Assembly (NCBI RefSeq): GCF_001194135.2
Contig: NC_068989.1
Location: 48,815,389 to 48,860,578, forward strand
Length of the DNA: 45,190 nt
Reading direction: 5' to 3'
From: Octopus bimaculoides
Lineage: Eukaryota
Shown here: positions 33,292-45,154 of the stretch, one piece after another
How positions within the stretch are numbered: position 1 is the first letter of the stretch
Layout: each line of letters starts with the position of its first letter
Program-made: the position numbers and the translations under genes
The notes under the pieces: model-generated
Databases searched by the model: none
Seen by the model: only the letters and a program-made list of their open reading frames with translations
What the model was told of the DNA's origin: nothing

Positions 33292-33364
33292 TTTTATTCT
33301 TTTAATTGTTTCAGTCATGTGACTGCAGCCATGCTGGAGCACCATGTTTTAGTTGAACAAATCA

Positions 33365-33400
<36 letters not shown>

Positions 33401-33530
33401 CCATTCACAAGGCTTTATTCAGCCCAAGGCTATAGTAGAAGACACTTGCCCAAAGTGCTACGCAGTGGGACTGAACCCGGAACCATGTGGTTGGGAAGCA
33501 AGCTTCTTACCGCACAAAAATGCAGGCATG
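33292..33530 (-). mobile_element. CORE-type SINE with its middle collapsed to (TA)n
   Basis: Tail (tgtttcagtcatgtgactgcagccatgctggagcacc) and head (33400-33530) are joined by (TA)n. Confidence 0.8.
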
Positions 33531-34469
33531 CATACATACACACATATATATTTATTTATTTATACACTTTGGCATTGTTAAATTTGAATTCAGACTGCAA
33601 AGGTCATGAGACGAAATACTGCAAACCATTCTGCCCAATGACTCAATCACTCTTTCAATCCCTTTTAGTCCTAAATTACTGACCATCTATAAAGCAAAAA
33701 GGAAGTATTCTGCACCCTCTCCTGCCAAAAAACAAACAAACATATACAAATTTGAAATGGTACATACATCACATATCCTCAGAAAGATTTTCTGATTGCA
33801 CACAAGCACTCATAAAACAGGTTCACTTCTGAGTTATGTCCTCTCCTGGTTGTTTCAAATACAATTTCCAATATCTTCTCTTCGAATATTGTTCAGCCAT
33901 AATGTACTTCACCTTTCCATCCCGTTACAGACTTTATTTTATCCATTCCTTCCTCTTCAGAATTATATCCAGAGCTGCCACATTACTTGTCAATCTGTTT
34001 CTTCCATTTGTAAGTATGCAATCAGTAAAATTAAATTTCAACACCACCAAACTTATTTGATTATCCTAATACTCAGCTCTAGGTAGGCCTAAGAAGACCA
34101 TCACTTCAAACCAACAAGAATTTAAACAAATACTGACAGAAATATTTATTGGTTTACAGTTGGGCTTTAGGTCTGTTAGCTTGGTAGATAATCACATTAT
34201 GAATTTCTGCCTCTCTTCAGAATTGGCAGAATAAAACAAAAATGGAAATGAAAAAAAAAAGTATGAATTTCTATATTTATAAGCGCAAAGAATTTCCAAG
34301 ACTTCCAGCATAACCAATGTATTTTAACTACAACGAGCAAAAATCATGAGTTTTACCAATATGGCAAAATATCTAAGTATCTAATTAGACACGCTACTGA
34401 ATTGTCTGTATCAATAAGAATTACTGCAGTTGCTATCTCTTTCTCTGCAAAATAACAATCATTCATAGA

Positions 34470-34760
34470 TTCTTGACTCCGTCTCATTGTGAAATCCTTA
34501 TTCATGCCTTGATTACTTCCAAACTGGAAATGTATAAATTCTTTGTTGGCATCAGTAGGTCAACCATCAATAAATTATGTGTAATATTCAATATGTGTAG
34601 CTGCAAGCTTGATGAAGGTTGCCATGCAAAACTTCACTGGCTTAATATTGATCAGAATATCATTCAAAATCACATTAATAATATATGTCTTCATGGCATT
34701 GCATTATTTCTTACTTCCAACCTGCCTCATATTAAGGAATAAAGCAATGCTTACACTAGA
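34470..34760 (+). mobile_element. Decayed L2/CR1-type LINE RT C-terminal remnant
   Basis: CEILIHALITSKLE..VGISRSTINKL, LHWLNIDQ and RISFKITLIIY resemble LIHAFITSRLDYCN..GLP..I.KLQ..LHWLP...RI.FK. Confidence 0.7.
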
Positions 34761-34910
34761 GGTGACATCATTTTCAAACTGCAGATACATACTCCAACTG
34801 ATGAGATAACTTACTTGTTGAGTTATGTCTGTCTAGTTATTTGATTTTAAATATCACACTAATTGTCAGCTTGTGATTTCTATCCCTTTACCATCAGAAT
34901 CAATTTCATG

Positions 34911-35294
34911 ATGTGGCTGTGTGGTAAGAAGCTTGCTTTGCAACCACATAGTTCTGGGTTCAGTTCCACTGTGCAGCACCTTGGGCAAGTGTCTTCTACT
35001 ATAGCCTCAGGCCGACCAAAGCCTTGTGAGTGGATTTGGTAGACAGAAACTGAAAGAAGCCTGTTGTATACATATGAATATATATCTATGTGTGTCTGTG
35101 TCTGTGTTTGTTCCCACCCCACATCACCACTTGATGTGTTTATGTTCTCGTAACTTAGTGGCTTGGCAAAAGAGACTGATAGAATAAGTACCAGGCTTAA
35201 AAATTAAGTACTGGGGTTGATTCATTCACCTAAAAAAAATTCAAGGTGGTGCCCCAGGATCACCGCAGTCTAATGACCAAAACACGTAAAAGAT
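34911..35294 (+). mobile_element. Full-length CORE-type SINE
   Basis: Head through tail ggtggtgccccaggatcaccgcagtctaatgaccaaaacacgtaaaaga. Confidence 0.9.
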
Positions 35295-35879
35295 AATATA
35301 TACATATATACCCATACATATATATACATACACATATAGGGAGAAACAAAAACTGAAAATATTCCTATATATATTTACATGTCTGTATGTCTCTCTCTCT
35401 CTCTACACATATATATATATGCATAATACACACACATGCATAAATACACACACACACAAATACAATCACATACATGCACACATGTAACTCCTCTAATTTG
35501 ATATCTTCAAAGTACTTGTATATGAGAATTTCCCGGCTTTAAACAGTTGCTGAACATAATAAACAGTTGTGATTTATATTTCTTTGGCATAGTCTACTAG
35601 CTAGAGTTGAGTTGAGTTGGATTACCTAATTATCACACTAAAAACTACTATCTATCTCTTACAAATATGTACCTTAATCTCAACTACTACTTTCTAAAGT
35701 TACTTTATCTTGCATGACTAATTACAATATACCAGTTTCAAAATATAAAACTTGGTTCATTCAGGCATCAAAAAGAACAGCCAGATATTTCTTTATTTTA
35801 TGACTTGAAATAATGATTCCAAAAAAATAACTGACATTCTCTATTAGGTGTGGCTAGGTCTATTCACTAACAGCAACAG

Positions 35880-36360
35880 CATAAGACCTTCGTACATTGG
35901 GCCTCACCGAGGCGATGACTACTGACCGAGACCTTTGGAAATGTGCTGTGCGTGAGAAGACCCGGCAAGCCAAGTAAGATCGTTGCCAGTGCCCCTGGAC
36001 TGGCTCTTGTGCGGGTGGCACATGAGATGCACCATTTTGAGCGTGGCCGTTGCCAGTACCGCCTGACTGGCTCCCGTAGGATTTTCGAGTGAGATCGTTG
36101 CCAGTGCCCCTGGACTGGCTTGTCCGGGTGGCACATAAAAGACACCATTTCGAGCGTGGCCGTTTTCGTGTGGGTGACACGTAAAAGCACCCACTACACT
36201 CTCTGAGTGGTTGGCGTTAGGAAGGGCATCCAGCTGTAGAAACTCTGCCAAATTAGATTGGAGCCTGGTGTTGCCATCCGGTTTCACCAGTCCTCAGTCA
36301 AATCGTCCAACCCATGCTAGCATGGAAAGCGGACGTTAAACGATGATGATGATGATGATG
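35880..36360 (+). mobile_element. Young 5'-truncated RTE LINE: last ORF codons, duplicated 3'UTR module, (GAT)n
   Basis: 35885-35977 reads DLRTLGLTEAMTTDRDLWKCAVREKTRQAK*. Module AGATCGTTGCCAGTGCCCCTGGACTGGCT...GAGCGTGGCCGTT occurs at 35977 and 36092. Confidence 0.9.
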
Positions 36361-36989
36361 TTTAATAAATGAGATATTTGTTCTGCATAGAGTTAAAGGC
36401 ATTCCTTTGTAACTCTTGCAGTCATAGATGCAAGTAGTTAGAGATCGAACAAAAGCTGACTTTGCTAAAAGGCAGGGAAATGTCTCATCAACAAAAAACA
36501 ATGATTGGTTATTGCTTGTTTTGTTTATACCCTAAATCACTTCTGATTGATCATACTGAAAATAAAGGTATTCAACTTATGAGCGACCGATCTTTTTAGG
36601 TGGGGGTGTAAGACTAAATTATCCTGTGCGCCCTTCCCTTGATAAAGATGTGTGATTTGAGAGAGATTTCATTGCTATTTATACCAGTATGCATATTAAC
36701 ACCAACTTAGCCAAACCACATAAGCATAGGAAAGTAAGATTTTGGTGACAATGACCCACTATCTGAGTAAATTGGTTGGGTCAACATCTGTAGATAGAAC
36801 ACTCAGCTCAAAGGTTGTTTCTGCCTTTCTGCTGTCATTTCTCAGTCCTCTTCTCCTCCATGATATACACACCCTGGGCTACTGAGTGCTCTCTACATTT
36901 ACTGCATACAAGATGCTCCATCTCTTGTGTTGGTGCAATAACAGTACCAGCTGAACTCCCTCTCCAAGCAGATAAGTAACACTACCTCC

Positions 36990-37165
36990 CTAGTGCTGGT
37001 GCCATAGGAAAATGCACTCAGTACACACTATAAAGTAGTTGGTGATTGGAAAGGCATCAAGCTGTAGAAACCAAGTCAAATGGTACATATGAGCAGCAGT
37101 CATTTTGCAAGAAATGAATCAGATCATGCTAGCATGGAAAGTGGATGTAATATGATGATAATGAT
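36990..37165 (+). mobile_element. Older RTE-type 3' end
   Basis: gtgctggtgccataggaaaatgcactcag..gtagttgg..ggaaaggcatcaagctgtagaaac..catgctagcatggaaagtggatgt..(gat). Confidence 0.7.
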
Positions 37166-37224
37166 ATATAAACTGTTGATTGGCAAATTTGTTTGGGTAT
37201 TGAATAAAATGTTTTATGGTATTT

Positions 37225-37330
37225 GTTCTGGCTCTGAGCTCTGAGTTGAAATTCCACTGAGGTCAACTTTTCTTTCATCTTTTCAAGGCTAATAAGTATT
37301 AATAAAGTACTGATGTAAAGTTTTCTTGTT
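37225..37330 (+). mobile_element. SINE family 2 fragment
   Basis: ctgagttgaaattccactgaggtcaacttttctttcatc. Confidence 0.65.
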
Positions 37331-37507
37331 TCTCTCACTTTCTCTATCTCTCTCTGACTTTCTCACTGAAAGAAATCAGCTGTAATTAGACCTGAAAAAG
37401 GATGGGTCAAGACATGCTGTATGTTACTAGGTCATAATGGTTCTCCAACAACCCTATCAAGAACTGAAGACACTACCACCACCACCACCACCACCACCAC
37501 ATATATG

Positions 37508-37842
37508 TCATCATCATTGTAGAAAATCTACTTTTCTATTCTTTCATGGGTCAGACAGAATTTGTAGAAACAGCTTTTCTGTGACTGGGTACCTTTTCTT
37601 TTGCTAATCTTTACATGTTTCCAAGCAAAGTAATATTTCATCATGGAAGACAAGGGTACACACAAACACATATATACATATATGATGGGTTTTCTTCAGT
37701 TCCTGTCTGCTAAATCCATTCACAAGGCTTTGGTCAACTGAAAGCTAAGTAGAAAACACTTGCCCATGGCCAAACAGTGGGGCTGAAACTAAGACTACGT
37801 GGTTAGGAAGCAAGTGTCTTAACTACACAACCATGCCTGTGC
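37508..37842 (-). mobile_element. Composite SINE: CORE-type head plus RTE-type tail
   Basis: Same layout as 27119 and 28974. Confidence 0.6.
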
Positions 37843-37989
37843 ATCTGTGTGAGTGTGTGTGCGTAGGTATGTGTATACTCACATATATAACTATACATAT
37901 ATGTGTATGTGTATATATATATACACACACAACTATACATATATTAGCACATACATGCAAAATAAAACAAGGTTTCACTAAAAACTAGT

Positions 37990-38102
37990 AAGATGGGGAG
38001 CACCATGTTCCAATCTGATTTGGCATGGTTTCTACAGTTGGATGCCCCTTCCTAATGCCAACTACTCCCAAAATGTAGTATATATAGACAGATAGTCCAT
38101 GC

Positions 38103-38140
<38 letters not shown>

Positions 38141-38410
38141 GAGAGAGAGAGNNNNNNNNNNNNNNAGAGAGAGGGGGGGAGAGAGGGGGGAGAGAGAGAG
38201 AGAGAGAGAGAGCTTGACGGTGCTGGTGCTGCATAAAAAAACATCCAGTCCTCTCTGTAAAGTAGGTGGCATAAGGTAGGACATCCATCCATAAATTCCA
38301 TGCCAAAACAGATAGTTGAGCTTGGTGCACACCTATAACTAGTCAGCTCCTATCAAACCACTCAGTCCATACCAATATGGAAGATGGATGTTAAATGGTG
38401 ATGATAATGA
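37990..38410. mobile_element. Two RTE-type 3' fragments (37990-38085 minus; 38215-38410 plus) around a TA/GA microsatellite and gap
   Basis: ctgatttggcatggtttctacagttggatgccccttcctaatgccaact; ggtgctggtgctgcataaaaaaacatccag...gatgttaaatggtgatg. Confidence 0.7.
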
Positions 38411-38438
38411 CTGATATATATTACACACACACACAAAG

Positions 38439-38443
<5 letters not shown>

Positions 38444-38494
<51 letters not shown>
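38444..38494. repeat. (GATA)n microsatellite
   Basis: Seen directly. Confidence 0.95.
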
Positions 38495-39195
38495 GTTATT
38501 CTACATAGTAGACATACAAACATGTCAAATTTACCTATTTCTTCATATCAATTTTTGACTCTTAATAGGGTTTCATGAGGTGTCTACATCACTTGACTAA
38601 TACTAGAAAAACAACTAACCAATCCTTTTGTATATACACATAAATCTAGTAGCTTTGGAGAACTGGAACTAAAAAAACTATTACAGAGAGAGAGAGAGAG
38701 AGTTAGAAAGAGAGAGTTAGAAAGAAAGAGAGAGAGAGAGTGTGTGTGTGCATGTGTGTAGGTGGAAAAGACAAAATCAACTGTTATAAGATGAATTATT
38801 TGCAGCGTGTTAACTATAGAGCTTTGGCATACTCATTAGTCAATCAGGCATCAAAGAAATGGTCCTCAATGTGCGTATATAAATGAAGCTATATATTATC
38901 TTGAGATGCTTATATTTGAGCTCCATTGTACATACTTAAAAATTATCACTTAAATACATTTATAATTACATTATATGCAGTCATAAAAAGACTCTGCTAT
39001 AAACAGGTGCATTTTCAGCATCAATAATGCAAAAAAAAAAAATTCCAGATTAGAGACTAAAGCTAGAATTGAAGGAGGTTATGTTGTTTGCAGACGTCAG
39101 TAGTTCTTGCTTGCAGATGTAAGTAGTTCTTAAAAAACAACATTTATATATATATATATATATACCCATCTAAACAACATAATGTGTTTTGTATA

Positions 39196-39686
39196 GCTTG
39201 AGGCAAGTGAAATCGAAATCGAGTTAAATTTAACGTCTGGCACCCATGCCAACGTCGTCTCCCTCATTGGACATGAAGCTCAGCTTGCAAAGACTTATTG
39301 GGGCAAGCGAAAGCGAAATTTTGATGGCACCTGTGCCCAGCGTCGCCTTTCTGGCACTTGTGTGCGTGACATGTGTAAGGACTTTCGAGCGAGATCGTTG
39401 CCAGTGCCCCTGGACTGGCTTTTGTGTGGGTGGCACATAAAATACACCATTTTGAGCGTGGCCGTTGCCAGTACCGCCTGACTGGCCTTCGTGCCGGTGG
39501 CACGTAAAAAGCACCCACTACACTCTCTGAGTGGTTGGCGTTAGGAAGGGCATCCAGCTGTAGAAACTCTGCCAAATCAGACTGGAGCCTGGTGTTGCCA
39601 TCCGGTTTCACCAGTCCTCAGTCAAATCGTCCAACCCATGCTAGCATGGAAAGCGGACGTTAAACGACGATGATGATGATGATGAT
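39196..39686 (+). mobile_element. Young RTE 3'UTR copy with a different upstream segment
   Basis: 3' ~180 bp are essentially identical to 4590-4764. Upstream 39200-39350 holds a diverged ~100-bp direct repeat not present in the 35880 copy. Confidence 0.88.
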
Positions 39687-39820
39687 CAAAGAAAAAGGGA
39701 AAATATTTTCTAGTTTTAAATAATTAGCACTATGATTTCTAGGGGAATAAAAATTCCTGAATTGGATGGTTAAAATCAGGCTTGTGATTTATGTGAAAAG
39801 TTTGCAGTGGTCAGCTGATT

Positions 39821-40291
39821 CATCATCATCATCATTTTAGCACCCACTTTCATGGGTTAGATCTGTGGTTACCAATGATTTTTTACTAATGGAACTCTTT
39901 GATTTCTCTTTTCCTCAGGTGGAGCCTCATAGCCATTCAATTTTTAGGAGTTGTATAAAAAAAATAGTTAAAATATTTTGTGTATTGTAGAAGTATAATC
40001 TGTTTATTGCGCATAAATTTTAACAACAAAATCTCATATGGACCCTGGATGAGAACCACAGGGCTATATAGAATTCATTGAGGTAGACTTTCTAAGGCTG
40101 GATGTTCTTTCTGTTGCCAAGACATGGGAAATATGAAGTCATACACATGCACAACAGACTTCTTTCAGTTTCCTGTGACTAAATCCACTCACAAAGCTTG
40201 TGGGTATAGAAGATATTTTCCTAAGGACCCACAAAGTGGGAGTGAACCTAACACCACATGGTTTGGAAGGGAACGTCTTACCTACACAGCT
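39821..40291 (-). mobile_element. Composite SINE (CORE-type head, RTE-type tail) interrupted by ~200 bp of other sequence
   Basis: Tail 39821-39866, unrelated sequence 39870-40065, body and head 40070-40291. Confidence 0.55.
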
Positions 40292-42830
40292 AAATTGAAG
40301 GAGAACCAATGAATATAGATCAGATTAGCAGCAAGGTTGGGGTGAAGGTGAACCTAAAGTAAATCCACTAGTCATTATATCACCTCAAACTTGATATTTA
40401 CTAGTTGGCCAGTGTGATTGAGATATTTAGAAAGATGACCCTGGAAAGATGACATATAAGGCATAGTAAATTATGCAGAAAATTTGAATGGCTAGACTCT
40501 TTCTCCCTGAATGCTGATTTCATTTAAACCCACCCTAAAAATAGCTAAAATACTGAAATGCTCTGAGAGTTCACTAATATATGGTATTGTTACTCAATCA
40601 ACTAAGATGCTGAGAAATATAATGTAAAAATATTTTCTCCTGAAACACAACCCTAATATAATTTAGATTTGTTTTTGTGCTCAACATTGAAAATGTGACT
40701 ACATTAATTAAAACTTATTGTTTGTGCTACAGTTTTGCTAATGGCAATATGGTTAGTCTTATTCCATTAGTGAGACAGTAGAAATTGTACACAATAATGT
40801 TTCTTGCCTAATTAAAAATACTGATTTAATTTAATGGGAATAGTTTGCATTATAGTGTCTATAATATGCTATTAATAATCTGATTCTTTCAACCGATCTT
40901 ATTTATGAGCAAGTTCAATTATTGTCGAAACAGAGGAAGAGAATAGCAAGTCTATTAATTAACATCTGAAAAACACAGAGTGAGTGTGTCCATTTACCAT
41001 TGGCAAATTCAATTTGATCACTGTAATTTGTTTAATTTTAAGTGTAATGGATCTCGGAAGTATTCCGAATGCTGGATCAACATTAAACATCCAATCATTC
41101 ATAAAAGTTGAAGGTAGAAATAAAGCAAGTTCAGAATCACTGAATCAGAATTGAAAGCTTGTAAGTATTTCATTTAAAGTGTATTGGATCAACGATAAAC
41201 ACTCAGTTGTTCATAAAAGTTGAAGCTAATATAGTGTTATAGTAATTACTGCAGAAGGGTGAGGGATGGGGGGCGGCTCTATGAGAAATGCATGTGTTGC
41301 TCTTGCTACCTTGCTACTAGGTTAATCCAGCACTGATGGTTAGCAATAATCAGTTCTGATAGCATTAAATTCCTTGGAAGAAGACAGCTCCAGCTTAAAA
41401 TATCATAATAGTTTTCCCTTGGAACACTAACATTACACAATTTTTAAACTTTATTTAAACATAAATGGTTATGATTGATTTTTAAATATGAGAAAAAACA
41501 ACATCTCTCATCTCTTAAATAAAAGGCAATAATTTGTTGACCTCTTTCTTTAATTCCTCATGGTTTCTATATTGAAAACACAGTAATGCATTAATAAAGG
41601 GTTTGAATGAAATTGCTACTAAATTCTTATACAAACAGCCTACTAATTGTGTCTCTATAGGTATGGCACTGTGCAGTATGAATTTCAATTTAATATATTT
41701 AAAATATGCACATATATGTGTGTACATGTATTTATTCACTTTCAGGATGCAGGTGTAAGTAAAGCAGCATGTATTCATGAATACTCTCTGACATATAGAC
41801 AAATGTGTACAGAAATATAAAAGCAGACACGTACACATACATCTATGCAGTTGTATCTATACTAACACACAACTACATACAAATTGCTGCTTTGGGATGG
41901 AAGCCACACAACTGACATCAGCAGTTAAACCTCAACAATATCTTGTGGCTTGTTCAATTTTTATCTCTCTTTGTTTGTATTGTTCACTGAATACTTCAAA
42001 TGAATTGATTGATCAATTATTGATCAGTTAATAAACTTATTGATCAATAATGCACCAACAGAATGATTAAAACTTCCAATTGTTCATATCTCCCCTCACT
42101 CTCAAGCTGTGTTACATACATACATACCTTTATCTATCTATCTGTCTATCTATCTATCTATCTATCTACATATATGATTGTATATTCCAATTGTTCATAT
42201 CTCACCTCTCCCTCTAACTATATTTTAAACACACACATACATACATACATACACACACAAATTAGATACACATATACATGTATATAAACACACATTTCTT
42301 TATATGTGTGTGTATACACACATATACATATATAAACAGAAATTTTTCAGACAAGGTCTGCAAACATTAAGTTTCTTAATCCATTTTAGCATGATGAAGT
42401 CAAAGGACCTGCATATGATGAAATCTTCAAATCAATCACATAATTATTATAATTTCAATTTAAGCATCTTTATTGTCATATAATTTTATATATGCGCCTT
42501 TCATTATTTGATTACACATGTGTATGTATGCATGTGTGCACATGTGTATATGTGTGTGCATGCACATGCATGTGTATAGATAAATATAGATATATAAATA
42601 GATATTAAATTAGCGCTTATGATGTCTTATATCATTTATATGCAAAATAGAGCTTCTATCAGCTTTGGTCATGAGGATTCTAGTTATTCAATTATCTAAA
42701 CTGCCTGCTTATTGAATTATACTGCAAGTGGTTGAGCATTCCATTGACAAATGTACCTTTTACATAATTCTTGGGTAGAATCAATGCACTGAAAAGTATG
42801 ATAATGTTGGATTTTTAATTACAAGTACAC

Positions 42831-43049
42831 ACCAAGGCAGTGAACTGACAGAGTCGTTAGCATACCGGGCAAAATGCTTAGCAGCATTTCATTTATCCTT
42901 ACACTTTGAGTTCAAATTCTTTTCAGCTTGACTTTACAATTCATCCTTTTGGGATTAATATAAAATAAGTTCTAGATGAGCATTGAGGTTGATGTAGTTG
43001 ACTTACCCTTGCCCCCAAAACTTCTGGCCTTGTGCCAAGATTTGAAACC
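42831..43049 (+). mobile_element. SINE family 2 copy with a 14-bp target-site duplication
   Basis: AATTACAAGTACAC at 42817-42830 and 43050-43063 flanks a complete SINE (A box, B box GAGTTCAAATTC, central domain). Confidence 0.9.
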
Positions 43050-43074
43050 AATTACAAGTACACTTCATCTGGTG

Positions 43075-44061
43075 GGCTTCCACATTGCTGCTCCTACCCT
43101 GCTGGTAACAAAGGGCTTCTCTCTCAGAGTGAAAGGCAGATTGTTTGATGCCAGTGTGTGAACAGCTATGCTGCATGGCAGTGAAGCATGGGCTATAACA
43201 GCTGAGGACATGCTTAGGCTTGAGAGAAATGAAGCCAGTGTGCTTTGCTGGATGTGCAATGTCAGTGTGTATGTTCAACAGAGTGTAAGCATCTTGAGAG
43301 AAAAGTTAGGCATAAGAGGAATCAGATGTTGTGTGCAAGAGAGACTGCACTGGTATGGTCATGTGATGTGTATGGATGAGGACAGCTGTGTAAAGAAATG
43401 CCAATCTCTAACAGTGGAGAGAACCTGTGGCAGAGGTAGACCTAGGAAGACATGGGACGAGGTGGTGGAGCATGATCTTCAAACTTTGAACCTCACAGAG
43501 GCAATGACTAGTGGCCAAGATCTTTGACAACAAGCTCTGCTTAAGAGGAACCATCAAGCCCAAGTGCACCCGTACTGGTGGCACCTAAACAATCAATCTT
43601 TGAACATTGGGCTTCACAGAGGCAAAGTGCCTGAGTTCCTTTTGAGCAGTGGGTTTCATGGAGGCAAGGTGGCTGAGTTCCTTTCAAGTGGTCCTCATGG
43701 AGGCGAGGTGGTCGAGTTCCTTTTGAGTGTTGGGTCTCATGGAGACAAAGTGGCTGAGTTCCTTTCGAGTGTTGGGCCTCACGGAGGCAATGACGAAGAC
43801 CTTTGGCATTATTTTATGCTTGAGAAGAAGACCCATCAAGCTGAGTAAAATCGCAGTCATGGTAGATACTAGTGTCACGCAAATGGCACATAAAAGCACC
43901 CATTACACTCTCGAAGCGGTTGGCGTTAGGAAGGGCATCCAGCTGTAAAAAACCATGCCAAATCAGACTGGAGCCTGGCGCAGCTTTCCAGCGTGCCAAC
44001 CTAGTAAAACTGTCCAATCCATGCCAGCATGGATAACAGACGTTAAATGATGATGATGATG
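43075..44061 (+). mobile_element. 5'-truncated RTE LINE: RT C-terminus, duplicated ORF end with minisatellite, 3'UTR, (GAT)n
   Basis: LLVTKGFSLRVKGRLFDASV*TAMLHGSEAW..RLERNEASVLCWMC..LREKLGIRGIRCCVQERLHWYGHVM..RGRPRKTWDEVVEHDLQTLNLTEAM is a typical RTE C-terminus; in-frame stops are present. Confidence 0.92.
43621..43785 (+). repeat. Minisatellite, four units of 42/39/42/42 bp
   Basis: Units start at 43621, 43663, 43702 and 43744; consensus GGCAAAGTGGCTGAGTTCCTTT(T/C)GAGTGTTGGG(T/C)CTCATGGA. Confidence 0.92.
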
Positions 44062-44481
44062 ATATTCATCTAATCAATATTTGCATGGAAAATAGAGAGA
44101 AAAACAAATAAATACATGTGTGCACACACACACACCTATCTATTTATCTATCTATATATTGTGTAGCTAGATAGCTGTTTCCTCTTGAAGCACATTATTA
44201 CAATCCAAGTCTCAGTTGCTGCTGTATGTTGAAAATACATATTAAAATTGAGAATTATGGAAATATTATTTGTAGAATTATTGTATAACAAATCATGTAA
44301 TTGGAAATTGTTTGGTATCATTTATTCATCATTATCTGAAGAATTTCTAATAAATTCCTTACATGTTTATCTAACATGTAAAACTTGTAATTCCTATTAG
44401 CAAATGAAACACATGTAATGGTGAATAAATAATACCAAAAGATTTCCAATTTCCTGTTTTGCTATTTATCTATGTATCTAC

Positions 44482-44555
<74 letters not shown>

Positions 44556-45154
44556 NNNNNNNNNNNNNNNNNNNNNNNNNNNNNNNNNNNNNNNNNNNNN
44601 NNNNNNNNNNNNNNNNNNNNNNNNNNNNNNNNNNNNNNNNNNNNNNNNNNNNNNNNNNNNNNNNNNNNNNAATAAAAAAGAAAATGGAAAAACATCATTA
44701 AAATAAAGAGTATCATGGAATAAATACAGATTTTGTTTTGCATTTATCCTTCATTTTTAACTGACAATAGATAATTTCCTTCATCATCCAAAAGTGGGTC
44801 ATGATTTTCTTAGAAACAGAAGCCTGAGCTAATTACGAAAAAAAAAAAAAAACATCATATGAAGGAAGATTGATGGAGGATCTGATTATTTTTACATTAT
44901 CTTCCATTAGATAATCATCTTCAAAATGCTAGAGATTATTAAGGCAAAAATCAACGTGTCTTTATCTTGATCAGATAAAGATGATGGATATAATGCATGT
45001 GCATATGTAGGTTGTGCCTGATCATCTACACACACACACACACACACATTCACATAAATATGTATATGTTTGTGTATATGCAAAGTAATGAACTAGAAAT
45101 TGAGTGATCAACACCATATTGATGGATGGATAACTTTTTTAGTAGCTAAGTGCT

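Noticed and set aside
34798-34830. CTGATGA followed by a 6-bp hairpin
   Set aside because: No GAAA core after the hairpin, so not a hammerhead.
35860-36287. Recurrent ORFs MKPDGNTRLQ../MSPTRKRPRSKW.. (also at 4695, 39611, 31516)
   Set aside because: Antisense readings of the GC-rich RTE 3'UTR; they recur only because the repeat recurs.
39919-39990. Strong acceptor tttctcttttcctcAG|G
   Set aside because: No convincing donor or coding frame follows, and it lies inside an interrupted SINE.
42831-44061. SINE-RTE chimera (Pol III head fused to a LINE body)
   Set aside because: The SINE has its own 14-bp target duplication (42817-30, 43050-63), so it is a separate insertion next to the RTE 5' end.
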